DNA from: a virus
Taxonomy: Duplodnaviria > Caudoviricetes
DNA length: 53,582 bases
IMG/VR virus record: IMGVR_UViG_3300036770_002010
Location: 1 to 53,582 of that record
Strand: one strand, 5' to 3'
Part shown: positions 9,644 through 19,800 of the stretch, one piece after another
Layout: each line of letters begins with the position of its first letter
Numbering within the stretch: position 1 is the stretch's first letter
Translations under genes and position numbers: made by a program
The notes under the pieces: model-generated
Databases searched by the model: none
Seen by the model: only the letters and a program-made list of their open reading frames with translations
Told to the model about the DNA's origin: nothing

Positions 9644-12600
9644 TTAATTTCCGCTTCTCTGCATAATTATCCAATTTGTACCATCACTAACAAGCGTTAC
9701 TGCTTTATTATTTGTTGGATTTAATATCGCTGTACCTGCACTGCCAGTAGGAGGCGATGTAAAAGGAATCACATTTGAAGAAAATGAAATTATTTGTCCT
9801 GTACCTGTTTGGCGAATATGTAGCTCTTTGCCAGGATACGTTGATGCATTGGGAAGGGTTAATGTTGTTAAAACATTTGTATTTACATCTAGCCATGTAG
9901 TATTTACACTTACCGTAAAATTTGAAGAAGTAGTATTTGTATACGTTCTTTCCAACCACGGAGTATTAATACGCCCACCAAATGTACCTACAGAATTAAC
10001 GTTTAATTCCCCATTTACGTCAAGCGTTTTTGTTGGTGAAGCTGTGCCAATACCTACTTTGTTTTCCGAGGCATCCATAAAAATCATATTGACATTAGTA
10101 CCACTTGATACTCTGAAATCATATTGAGCGGATGAGCTGCCAAATACTGTTGCACCTTCAACTGTTAAACTTGAGCCAAGAGTTGCTGCGCCTGTGGCAT
10201 TGAGAGTGCCGTTTACGTCTAACTTGTAAGAAGGTACTGTTTGATTAATTCCGACATTACCTGTAAAAGGCTCTATGCGCATTTTTTCAGAATCTGTACT
10301 TCCATCTATAAATCTAAATGCTCTACGAGGTTGTTCAGAATACCCAAACCAATAAAAATCCATAGTTTCTGTTGCAGATAAAGAATTAAATACTATACCA
10401 AAATCTTCTGATGGATAATTATTGTATGGTTGTATTCTAAAATTATCTGATTCCCATGCACTATATCCTCCAATCATTCCAAAACTTCCCGTTGTTCCTA
10501 TTAACCCTCCCGTTAATGTCCCACCTGTTAATGGTAAATAACTTGTACCATCTACAGTTCCATCTGCTTTAAGGAATTGTGAAGATGTACCACCAGATTT
10601 AATAAAACTATTTGCAGTAATATTACTTGTTACGCCAAGTGTGCCATTCATATTTATATTTCCAAATTCATTTATCGTCATAGCAGTTGTAGGAACTTCT
10701 GTATTATAAGATGTTTGAAAGTTAATCCTACCTCTCCATGTTCCTATCGTTCCAACACTACCAATATTCAAATCTATATATGGACTAACATTAGCTGTTT
10801 TTAAATATCTGGTAAAATTACCAGTATATTGAGATAATGAACCAATAGATATACTGTCCAATACACTTAATTTACCTGTCAAAGTTCCCCCTGTTAATGG
10901 TAAATATGATGATAAAGAGGAACTTGTAATATAACCAGCTCCATTAGTAATTTGATTATTATTAGTAGGAATAGTTATTACTCCATTTATATTATCATAA
11001 TTTCCACTTCCAGCAGCAAAACTTAAATCTGTTCTACGAATATAACCATTTGGATTTGTACTATTATATGGAGTGTAACCTAAAGCTGTAGTTACATTTG
11101 AACTTGTAAGACTTAATGTACCACCTAGAGTAAGATTACCAGAATTAGTTACTGAACCAGTTAAAGTTAATCCACTAACTGTTCCTGTACCACCTACACT
11201 TGTTACTGTTCCAACGCTTATATTTCCTGAGCCTAATAAGCTATTTGAATTTACCGTCTTGATATTTGTTCCAGATACCAAGGTATTTTGCTTTGTATTG
11301 AATCTTGAGGTAAGATTTAATTGAGATGTATCAGCATCTCGAAAGTAAGGTGTAAGCATTGAAGCGGTGTCAAATCTTGTAACTAATAAATTAGTATCGG
11401 CAAGTAATGTAGATGAATTAATAGATAATCCATTACCTAAAGTAAATTTACCAACAGAATTAACACCTCCAGTTAAATCTATTCCAAGAATAGCTGTGGG
11501 AATTGGACTTGTATTATTTAAATAAAATAAAGAATCTGCTGTTAATCTGTGTTTAAAAACTTTATTACCACTAAATAATTGTGCTGTTGTATTTACAATT
11601 CCTGATTGAACATCAGAAGCGGATAATATTGATAATGTTCTATTTGCGCTTAAATTTCCACCTCCCTGTAATGGAGATGTGGTATTTATAGTTATTGTAC
11701 TATTAGCAGGTGTAAATCCTAAAGCATTTTGTTTGTTATTAAATGTAGTCCAATCAGTTGATGTTAATACACCTCTATTAGTAGAACTTGCATTTGGAAT
11801 ATTAAGTGTAATTACTGGAGTTGTTGTTCCAGTTGCAACTGATGAACTTACATCAGTTCCAGTAGTAGTTAATGTTAAAGCAGCTACCGATGTAACTGTT
11901 CCAGTATTTGCTGTAGCTCCTGATGCTATTCCATCTAACTTAGCTTTATCTGCTGAACTCATTACTCCAGCTAAACTTGTTGTAGCTACATTTAAAGTTG
12001 CAGTTGTTCCTGTAGAACTTGTTATAGGTACAGTTGTAGTTGTTCTACTACCTTGTGCAAGATTTGTAGGAACATTAACTTGTGCTCCAGCAGCAATACC
12101 ATCTAATTTTGTTTTATCAGCAGCTGACATACTACCAGCAACTGATGTTGTTGCAGCTTGTAATCCTATTGTTATAGCTGAACTACCATTATAACTTGTT
12201 CCTGTTAATGGTGATGATATAGTAAGTGTATTAAGATTATTACCAAGTGTAACTCCTGATATAGTTGATGCTGCAAGTTTTGATACAGCTATTGCAGCAC
12301 TTGCATTTATATCAGCATTTACAATAACTCCAGTAGTTATAGAAGTAGCATTACCTATTGATGTAACATCTCCAGTAAGATTAGCATTAGTTGTAACTGT
12401 TGCAGCATTACCAGTAGTATTTTGATTCCATATTGGAACTGTACCTGTTAATCCTGAATAAGCTACATTAGTAGCAGTTGCAGCATTACCACTAATATTA
12501 CCAATAATTGTATTACTAAATGTTTGAGTTCCAGTAAACGTTTGAGCTGCATCATTACGAGCTATACTAAAATCTGTTCCAGGAGTTGTTACTAATATTT

Positions 12601-15600
12601 GTCCTGAAACATTAGTAGCATTTGTAGTTTTAAATTTAAATATTTCATTAGAGTTAAGATAATTCAATACGTTAGTAGTATTTGTAGAATTAGTTGATGA
12701 TGTAGCATTACCAAGAAAGTTACTAGCTGTAATATTTCCAGCACTAAAATTACCACTTGCATCTCTATATACTATTGTACTTGGTGTATTACTATTTGTA
12801 GCAGTTGATGTTACAGTAAATGTTGCAGCAGTAGATTGATTTGCAGTAAATGTTTGACTACCAGTTAATCCATTTCCAGATACAGCCATTGTTAAAGTTC
12901 CATTATTTACAGTAGGAATTGTATTAGATGATGCTGATGTTACTCTACCTTTAGCATCTACTGTTACTGTTGCAGCAGTATATGTATTAGCTGTAACTCC
13001 ACTATTAGCTAAAGTACCAACAGCTGTAACATTAGTAGAACCATTAAATGATGGACTAGTATAAGTTAAATCTCCAGTAATAGCTATAGTTCTACCTGTA
13101 GCTAATGTAGTAGCTGTATTAGCATTACCATTAAGACTGGCAGTTATTGTTCCAGCACTAAAGTTTCCCGAAGCATCTCTTGAAACAATAGTATTTCCTG
13201 TATTACTATTTGTAGCTGTAGTTGCTGAATTAGATATTTTACCAGCTGTTGTTATAGTATTTAGTTTATCATTAGATATGCTTCCAGCTAACATAGTATT
13301 TGTTACTTTATTAGCACCTATAGTTGTTGTTATACTATTTGTACCACTACCAGTTACATCACCTTGTAATGTAATTATACCACCACTACCAGCTAATGCT
13401 ACAATATTATCTATAGCTATTATTGTAATGTTATCATCTAATTTATAACTTCCAGTTGCTAGTGTTACAATGCTATCATTTGTAATTGTATATTGACTTT
13501 CTGATTTTAATAATTGTCCATTTCTATATACTTGTGTAAAATATGGTAATAGTTTTTTACTACCTTGTTGCCATGTTAATACATTAGTATTTATACCAAG
13601 AAAATCTTGTCTTAATAATGTAGCTGTATCTCCAGAGTTAATTATATTATCAGCTACTTTTAATGTATCATTTGAAAATGATAATCCATTTCCTATTTTT
13701 ATATCTGTTAAATCATTAGCATTATTAGCACCTACAAGTTTATCTGGAGTTAAGTTATTAACTAAACTATCAACTCTTATTGTTCCAGCAACTTGTAACG
13801 CTTGTTCTGGTGTCATAGTAAGAATACCAACTCTATTAGTTTCACCATTAAGATACATCAAAGCAGTAGTATCTGTTTGTAATACCATATTTCTATTAGT
13901 AGATTTAATTGATACAGTACCATTATTATTCATTAATTCAAGATTAGTAGAATTAGTATTACTATTTATTTTTACTGCATCACTAATATTAGTATTAATT
14001 AATAATTTTCCTGTAACAGTAGCTGAATCAATAGTAACAACATTATTAAATGTTTTATTACCATTAATATCTATTTGATTAGAATAAGTATTTACATACT
14101 TAGATAACATATTAGCAGTATCAGATAAATTTAATTTAGTAGATAGTCTTGAATTAAGATTTAATAATGTTGTATCATTTGTTCTAAAATATGGTAATAA
14201 CATATTAGTTGTATCAGCATATTTTACACGAAGGTCTATTCTATTAGATAATGATATTGTATCTAACTTTCTAAGATAAGGATTTAACATACTAGCTGTA
14301 TCACTAATTAATAATGTAGCTGTAGTATCTCTCCATAAGTTTTCTGATAGATTGTAATATATAGATGCTTTATCTACTGGAGTTGTTATTCTAACATCAT
14401 GTAATTCATCAAACTCAAATCCATTCTGTATCTTTACAAATATAGAACCATTATTTTGTTGTTGTCTAATACATATACCTATAGTTACCATGTGTAACGG
14501 TGCTATTGGTTTAACTGATGTAAGTTGTCCTGGAGTATTAGATAAATATACAGTAAGACCTTCAGTAAAAGCATTAGTATTAATTCCACTTAATAATCCA
14601 AATGTTATAATATAACCATGACTACCATTAGGAATTGAATCTGTTTCTACAATACCAAATGTTTTAGAACTTGCTTGTTCTGTATTAGATGATGCTAATT
14701 CTACTAACTTATTATCACCAGTAGAACCTGAACTATATACAGCTTGACCTTTATACATAGTAACTCCAGACATATTCTTTACATAAGCTATTTGCTTTTG
14801 TTGAGTTTCTAATATTACAGCTGAATCTATATTAATAGAATCTCCTATAATATTAATACCAAATCCTTCTGTTAATGGTATTATATTTATTGTATCTTTA
14901 TTTGTTACTACATCTACATTAGTTTGATAATTAACATAGATAGTATCTAATTTAGTATTTATTCTATTAGACAATGATATAGTATCTGCTTCTCTTAAAT
15001 AAGGAGCTAACATATCAGTAGTATCTGAAATGTTTAGTTTTGTATTAAATCTATTTGTAAGATTTAATAAACTTGTATCCGCATCTCTAAAATAAGGAGT
15101 AAGCATATCTAAAGTATCGGATATATTAAATTTTAAATCTATTCTATTGGAAAGTGATACTGTATCTGAAGCATTTAACTTAGTATCTATTCTATTACTT
15201 AAAGTTATAGTATCTGAAGTATTTAGTTTTAAATCTATTCTGTTTGATAAAGTTATAGTATCTGATTGAGTAAATATAATACTTGTATCTACATTAATAC
15301 TATCGCCTATAATATTTATACCATAACCTTCTGTTAATGGTGTAAATGCAGCTATTGAATCTCTTATTAATAGATTAACACTATCTATCACACTATTATA
15401 TAATGTATCAATATTCATAACTTTACCTCCAGATATAGTTACTATTCCAGCAGTTGTAGCAAATGTTATATCTTGTAATTCATTTGTACTATCTCTATCA
15501 GGATATCTATTATCTAGTATTACAGTATCTATATTTACACTATCACCTATTATATTAATTGCATAACCATCAGTTAAAGAACTACCTATATTTATAGTAT

Positions 15601-16201
15601 CTTTATTTTCTATCATAGTAACTACATCTTTAAACTTAACATATATAGTATCAAGTTTAGTAGCTAATTTATTATTGATTGTTATTATATTATTCGCATT
15701 AGTTGTTATCCTATTGGATAAAATTGTTGTATCACTTATATTAAGTTTTAAATCAATTCTATTAGATAAACTAATAGTATCAGCTTTCTTCATATAAGGA
15801 GTTAACATTGTTGCAGTATCACTAATATTAAGTTTTAGTGCAAATCTGTTTATTAAGTTTAATGATGTTGTATCACTATCTCTAAAATAAGGAAGTAACA
15901 TAGCTGTAGTATCTGATATTTTCAGATATACATTTAATGTTGTAGTATCAAATTGTGGTGAAGGATATATTTGAATCCATCCATCTTTATAAAATTTTAA
16001 TGTATTTCTTACTGTATCTAAATAGAAATAAGCATTATTAACATTACTTGGTATGTAATTAGGTACTTCTAAATTACCTCTAAATATTAAACCATCACCA
16101 GTAGTTTGTACTCCTAGTTTTTGTTTATTGCTAAAAGTAGGATATTGTGCTAAAGCTACTATTGGTAATAATAGTAATGATAATAATAATATTCTTTTCA
16201 T
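9644..16201 (-). CDS. Long fibre-like protein (2185 aa) with signal peptide
   Basis: Fibre motifs (RDASGNFSAG, DKTKLDGIA, YLPLTGGTLTG, VGIGT.SP..LDVNG, LVSDGTNW); MKRILLLSLLLLPIVALA|Q. Confidence 0.85.
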   Translation of the reverse strand: MKRILLLSLLLLPIVALAQYPTFSNKQKLGVQTTGDGLIFRGNLEVPNYIPSNVNNAYFYLDTVRNTLKFYKDGWIQIYPSPQFDTTTLNVYLKISDTTAMLLPYFRDSDTTSLNLINRFALKLNISDTATMLTPYMKKADTISLSNRIDLKLNISDTTILSNRITTNANNIITINNKLATKLDTIYVKFKDVVTMIENKDTINIGSSLTDGYAINIIGDSVNIDTVILDNRYPDRDSTNELQDITFATTAGIVTISGGKVMNIDTLYNSVIDSVNLLIRDSIAAFTPLTEGYGINIIGDSINVDTSIIFTQSDTITLSNRIDLKLNTSDTITLSNRIDTKLNASDTVSLSNRIDLKFNISDTLDMLTPYFRDADTSLLNLTNRFNTKLNISDTTDMLAPYLREADTISLSNRINTKLDTIYVNYQTNVDVVTNKDTINIIPLTEGFGINIIGDSINIDSAVILETQQKQIAYVKNMSGVTMYKGQAVYSSGSTGDNKLVELASSNTEQASSKTFGIVETDSIPNGSHGYIITFGLLSGINTNAFTEGLTVYLSNTPGQLTSVKPIAPLHMVTIGICIRQQQNNGSIFVKIQNGFEFDELHDVRITTPVDKASIYYNLSENLWRDTTATLLISDTASMLNPYLRKLDTISLSNRIDLRVKYADTTNMLLPYFRTNDTTLLNLNSRLSTKLNLSDTANMLSKYVNTYSNQIDINGNKTFNNVVTIDSATVTGKLLINTNISDAVKINSNTNSTNLELMNNNGTVSIKSTNRNMVLQTDTTALMYLNGETNRVGILTMTPEQALQVAGTIRVDSLVNNLTPDKLVGANNANDLTDIKIGNGLSFSNDTLKVADNIINSGDTATLLRQDFLGINTNVLTWQQGSKKLLPYFTQVYRNGQLLKSESQYTITNDSIVTLATGSYKLDDNITIIAIDNIVALAGSGGIITLQGDVTGSGTNSITTTIGANKVTNTMLAGSISNDKLNTITTAGKISNSATTATNSNTGNTIVSRDASGNFSAGTITASLNGNANTATTLATGRTIAITGDLTYTSPSFNGSTNVTAVGTLANSGVTANTYTAATVTVDAKGRVTSASSNTIPTVNNGTLTMAVSGNGLTGSQTFTANQSTAATFTVTSTATNSNTPSTIVYRDASGNFSAGNITASNFLGNATSSTNSTNTTNVLNYLNSNEIFKFKTTNATNVSGQILVTTPGTDFSIARNDAAQTFTGTQTFSNTIIGNISGNAATATNVAYSGLTGTVPIWNQNTTGNAATVTTNANLTGDVTSIGNATSITTGVIVNADINASAAIAVSKLAASTISGVTLGNNLNTLTISSPLTGTSYNGSSAITIGLQAATTSVAGSMSAADKTKLDGIAAGAQVNVPTNLAQGSRTTTTVPITSSTGTTATLNVATTSLAGVMSSADKAKLDGIASGATANTGTVTSVAALTLTTTGTDVSSSVATGTTTPVITLNIPNASSTNRGVLTSTDWTTFNNKQNALGFTPANSTITINTTSPLQGGGNLSANRTLSILSASDVQSGIVNTTAQLFSGNKVFKHRLTADSLFYLNNTSPIPTAILGIDLTGGVNSVGKFTLGNGLSINSSTLLADTNLLVTRFDTASMLTPYFRDADTSQLNLTSRFNTKQNTLVSGTNIKTVNSNSLLGSGNISVGTVTSVGGTGTVSGLTLTGSVTNSGNLTLGGTLSLTSSNVTTALGYTPYNSTNPNGYIRRTDLSFAAGSGNYDNINGVITIPTNNNQITNGAGYITSSSLSSYLPLTGGTLTGKLSVLDSISIGSLSQYTGNFTRYLKTANVSPYIDLNIGSVGTIGTWRGRINFQTSYNTEVPTTAMTINEFGNINMNGTLGVTSNITANSFIKSGGTSSQFLKADGTVDGTSYLPLTGGTLTGGLIGTTGSFGMIGGYSAWESDNFRIQPYNNYPSEDFGIVFNSLSATETMDFYWFGYSEQPRRAFRFIDGSTDSEKMRIEPFTGNVGINQTVPSYKLDVNGTLNATGAATLGSSLTVEGATVFGSSSAQYDFRVSSGTNVNMIFMDASENKVGIGTASPTKTLDVNGELNVNSVGTFGGRINTPWLERTYTNTTSSNFTVSVNTTWLDVNTNVLTTLTLPNASTYPGKELHIRQTGTGQIISFSSNVIPFTSPPTGSAGTAILNPTNNKAVTLVSDGTNWIIMQRSGN
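14100..15930 (-). repeat. Intragenic peptide repeats (DTISLSNRIDLKLNISDT..ML.PY.R..DT..LNL..RF)
   Basis: Many degenerate copies in the N-terminal third of the 2185-aa protein; one further copy near 11290-11400. Confidence 0.85.
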
Positions 16202-16214
16202 TCTTTATTATTTT

Positions 16215-16247
16215 AAAAAAGCTGGTAGTAACTTAATACTACCAGCT
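16215..16247 (-). terminator. Intrinsic terminator after the capsid module
   Basis: Minus strand GCTGGTAGTA-loop-TACTACCAGC followed by TTTTTT. Confidence 0.8.
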
Positions 16248-16264
16248 ATCTATTTATTCATTGA

Positions 16265-17959
16265 TTACGATGCAGTTACTGTAACTTTTTTGAAAGTGGT
16301 ATAACCGTTAAATATAATTCTCATAAAATATTCACCAGCATCAGCAGTAGCTATTGGTACAGTATGTGTAAAACTTGTTGCACTAGGAGTACTCATTGTA
16401 ACAACAGGAGTTACTACTCCAGTAGTTGAAATGTAAGATACATCAGCAGCAAGTAATCCTGTAAAATTTACACCAGTAACATTTTGTGTAGTAGCAGCTC
16501 CTACAACACTATTAGTTGTATTTACACTAGTAATACTAGGTTTAAGTTCTAATACAAAAGGATTAGTTGAACTTGCAGTACCACCTTGATTATCATAAAC
16601 TTTATAACCTGGAGTTAATGAAGGCAACCATGCACCAAAAAAAGTATTTAATGCAGTAATTAATGTAGCATTACCAGGAGTAACAACAATACCAGCATCA
16701 GCTTTTGGAGTATTAAATGTAGATTCAGTAAGAATCCAAATACGAGTTTGGTGATGAATTGAATCGTCATACTTCTCATCTTTGTTATACAAATCAAGAA
16801 TGTATGCAATATAACTCTTAGTTTCATCAATGTAAGATGGAGTTTTGATTAACTCATCAGCAAATCCTGTTAGTTGGTGATTACCATATTGTGCATAAGC
16901 TCTTTCATCAAATGCAATCTTAAATAATCTACCACTACCTCCTGGTTCAATAGCTGAAGATACAGTAGTTACATTGTAACTTGTAAATCCACCAACAGTA
17001 ACATCAATAGTAGGTTTGATTGCATAGATATCATCATAAGCTACAGCTGTATCATGGTCTAAAGCTACAAGTAAAATACCATCAATATCTCCACCATTTA
17101 CAGTATCTACATTAACATTAATAATTTCAGCTAATGGATAAGCAGCAGTACCAGTAACAACTAATTTCTTTTGAATAAAATTGTGTAATGTTTGTACCAT
17201 TCCAGCAGTTGCTTTAATAGACAAAGTACCATTAGTACTATTCATTACGTTAATAGAATCACCAACTGCAATTCCTGCAATAGCAGTTCCAGTTCCAGTT
17301 CCATCTAAGTTAATACCTAATGCAATAACATGTTTCTTAGCAGCAATGTTAGCCCATTGTGGTTGAAGTGTATTCAACTTAGATTGAGCATTGATTCTAC
17401 CAATTAATTTAGCTAATACATAAGATTTCTTTTCAGCATCGTTAGAACCAACTAATGTAGTAGGAGTATCATAGCTAGTAATTAATTTGTCAATGTTATT
17501 ACCATAATCCCTATCTTTACGAACAGAACGGAATAATACATTAACAGCATACTTTTGTGTTACTGTAGCAGTTGAAGCAACTGGAGTAGATACTCCATCA
17601 ATGTAAACAGCTGAATTAGATTGTACTGGAGTTAAACTTGCAGTTACAGATTGTACTGAATGACTTGCATCAATCGTTGGAGTTTCTAAAAATGGTTTAA
17701 CTTCTCCAATATGCCATCCGTAGTTCTTACTAAAATCAGCAGATGTTGGTGTACCAGCAAGTAATTTAATTGCAGGAACTTGAGATATAGTATTTGAACC
17801 TGTAACAAAAGTGTTATCAGAAACATCTAAAATACCTAACTGACCATCTGTAAGATTGATTGCATTATCTGTAAATAATGCAGAACCATCTGTAGCCAGA
17901 GTAGTACTGTTTTTTGCCACAAGAAAATATTCTTGATACGGCTTGTGAGTTCTTTTCAT
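16265..17959 (-). CDS. Putative auxiliary capsid/structural protein with C-terminal Ig-like domain
   Basis: Third gene after the MCP as in the crAss capsid module; C-terminal PSITSV...VTGVNF IPT/TIG-like segment. Confidence 0.6.
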   Translation of the reverse strand: MKRTHKPYQEYFLVAKNSTTLATDGSALFTDNAINLTDGQLGILDVSDNTFVTGSNTISQVPAIKLLAGTPTSADFSKNYGWHIGEVKPFLETPTIDASHSVQSVTASLTPVQSNSAVYIDGVSTPVASTATVTQKYAVNVLFRSVRKDRDYGNNIDKLITSYDTPTTLVGSNDAEKKSYVLAKLIGRINAQSKLNTLQPQWANIAAKKHVIALGINLDGTGTGTAIAGIAVGDSINVMNSTNGTLSIKATAGMVQTLHNFIQKKLVVTGTAAYPLAEIINVNVDTVNGGDIDGILLVALDHDTAVAYDDIYAIKPTIDVTVGGFTSYNVTTVSSAIEPGGSGRLFKIAFDERAYAQYGNHQLTGFADELIKTPSYIDETKSYIAYILDLYNKDEKYDDSIHHQTRIWILTESTFNTPKADAGIVVTPGNATLITALNTFFGAWLPSLTPGYKVYDNQGGTASSTNPFVLELKPSITSVNTTNSVVGAATTQNVTGVNFTGLLAADVSYISTTGVVTPVVTMSTPSATSFTHTVPIATADAGEYFMRIIFNGYTTFKKVTVTAS

Positions 17960-17960
17960 A

Positions 17961-18689
17961 TTATGTTAAATTTATGAGTTTATCGGTTTGAATGTTTTTA
18001 GTATTGCCATCACTAAATCTTCTTGCTAATTCTTGTACAGCAATACTAACTATTATATCTACATATTCTTCAGGAAGGTCACAGTCTTGTTTTAATTGTA
18101 ATGGAGGATTAGCTGCATTTCTATTTTCAAGACTTGGATAAGTTCCTTTACATACTTTAGATGGTTTTCTTATATAAGTTAATTCTAACTTACTAGGACT
18201 TAATTCATCTTCAGCATATAAATACAATCTATTATTCCTAATTGTTCCTATAATGTATTGAAATCTTTTGGATGTTCTTCTATGAAATGAACGTCTTGCA
18301 GTTGCTAAATCTCCGTGTTGTTCTATGTTCACATCGTAAGCTATATCACATCCATTTTCAAAAACTCTAGCACTACGATAAGACCTATAGTCTTTAGGAA
18401 ATTCATAATAGAATACCTTATCATCTAATAGTGTTAACTCTTGTTTAGGAAATTCTGGATATGATACAACTAACGTGTGTAACATATCAATTCTTTGTTG
18501 AGTAACCTCAAAACCTATATTAAAATTCTTAGGATTTCTACCATGTATAAATATCTCCAAATACTCAAATATAGCAGTATTTAATACTTCATCCTTTTCA
18601 ACATCAGTAAGATACTTTTGGTGATTATTAGATAACTTATTATAACCTTGTTCCAATTTGAAATGGAGAAAATCTATATTTATCGGCAT
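17961..18689 (-). CDS. Ring/neck protein (crAss gene 74-like)
   Basis: GFE..Q.RID.L..LV, LTYIRKP, CDLPE..IV.IAV motifs; synteny. Confidence 0.7.
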   Translation of the reverse strand: MPINIDFLHFKLEQGYNKLSNNHQKYLTDVEKDEVLNTAIFEYLEIFIHGRNPKNFNIGFEVTQQRIDMLHTLVVSYPEFPKQELTLLDDKVFYYEFPKDYRSYRSARVFENGCDIAYDVNIEQHGDLATARRSFHRRTSKRFQYIIGTIRNNRLYLYAEDELSPSKLELTYIRKPSKVCKGTYPSLENRNAANPPLQLKQDCDLPEEYVDIIVSIAVQELARRFSDGNTKNIQTDKLINLT

Positions 18690-19774
18690 TTAATTCCTTT
18701 TTGTTTTAATTCACTTAATAGTTTGTGATATACATTATCATCAGTTAAATCAGGGTCATAAGCTTCCATTTCTTGATACAACATATTCTCAATTTTTGTT
18801 TTAGATGCTCCTAAGTTATACAGATTTTCAATTCCTTTTTGACTTCTCCAAAAGTGTTTTCCTCCTGTAATATAGAAGATTCCAGTATTGATAGCTTGTT
18901 GAATCATGTAACGAATGTAAACTTTATCCTTATCTTTCAATAGTAAATCGTATTGTTCTAAGAACTGCATGATTCGTTCATCTTGAGTTCCTTTAGATAC
19001 TTTACGTTGTTCCCAAATGTGATTCTTTAAAGACATTTCTACTAGAGAATCAGATGCTTCTCCAGTAACTAAATCCATAACTACAGACATTTGGTATCTA
19101 GTAAACATATCATAGTTAGCAAACAATAATCCTAACTTTGTAAGTCCATCCATAACAATATCAATCTTCTTATTAGCTTCCTTAATAGCTTCTTCTTCTT
19201 CAGCAATATAGAACTCGTGAATGTTCTCATTTACTTGATTCTTATCTAAAGCTATTTTTGGATGATTTTTAAGAAGTTGAATAGCTAATCTACCTCTTGA
19301 TGTATCAGAAGAAAACACATTAGTTCCTTCTTGTAGCCATATCTTGAATTGTTCTAATTCTGATTGATTGTTAAGTCTATCAGCAATCTTTACATCATTC
19401 ATGATTTGACTCATCATTGGAGTATTTGTTGTAGAAGTATAAGTTCCAGCAGACATATCATCCATTATTTCATACAACATCTGTAGTGTTATCTGTTTCT
19501 GTTTAGTTACACTATCAAAATTAGAGAACCAGTTGCTACCAAAATTAATTTGGTCTTTTGATAACTCATAGTATGGATTGTCAATCAATTCATCTAATCC
19601 TGTTAACAACTGGTTTCCATTTCTAACAAAACTAAAAGGTATAGATATTCCTTTAGACCTAGTTCTTCCCATCGAAATAGTAGTTCCATCATCACGCTTA
19701 TACTCGTAAGTATGTCTTCCTTGCGCTGATGTACGTGGTACGTGAACCACGTAGATTTTTTGTCCTTTAATCAT
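18680..19774 (-). CDS. Conserved capsid-module protein (crAss gene 75-like)
   Basis: Directly downstream of the MCP; synteny. Confidence 0.6.
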   Translation of the reverse strand: MIKGQKIYVVHVPRTSAQGRHTYEYKRDDGTTISMGRTRSKGISIPFSFVRNGNQLLTGLDELIDNPYYELSKDQINFGSNWFSNFDSVTKQKQITLQMLYEIMDDMSAGTYTSTTNTPMMSQIMNDVKIADRLNNQSELEQFKIWLQEGTNVFSSDTSRGRLAIQLLKNHPKIALDKNQVNENIHEFYIAEEEEAIKEANKKIDIVMDGLTKLGLLFANYDMFTRYQMSVVMDLVTGEASDSLVEMSLKNHIWEQRKVSKGTQDERIMQFLEQYDLLLKDKDKVYIRYMIQQAINTGIFYITGGKHFWRSQKGIENLYNLGASKTKIENMLYQEMEAYDPDLTDDNVYHKLLSELKQKGIKCR

Positions 19775-19800
19775 AGGCTTTAATAATTGTTTTTATTTGT

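Noticed and set aside
7281-16201. Diversity-generating retroelement targeting the fibres
   Set aside because: No reverse transcriptase in the window and no near-identical TR/VR pair differing at adenines; the paralogs are diverged throughout
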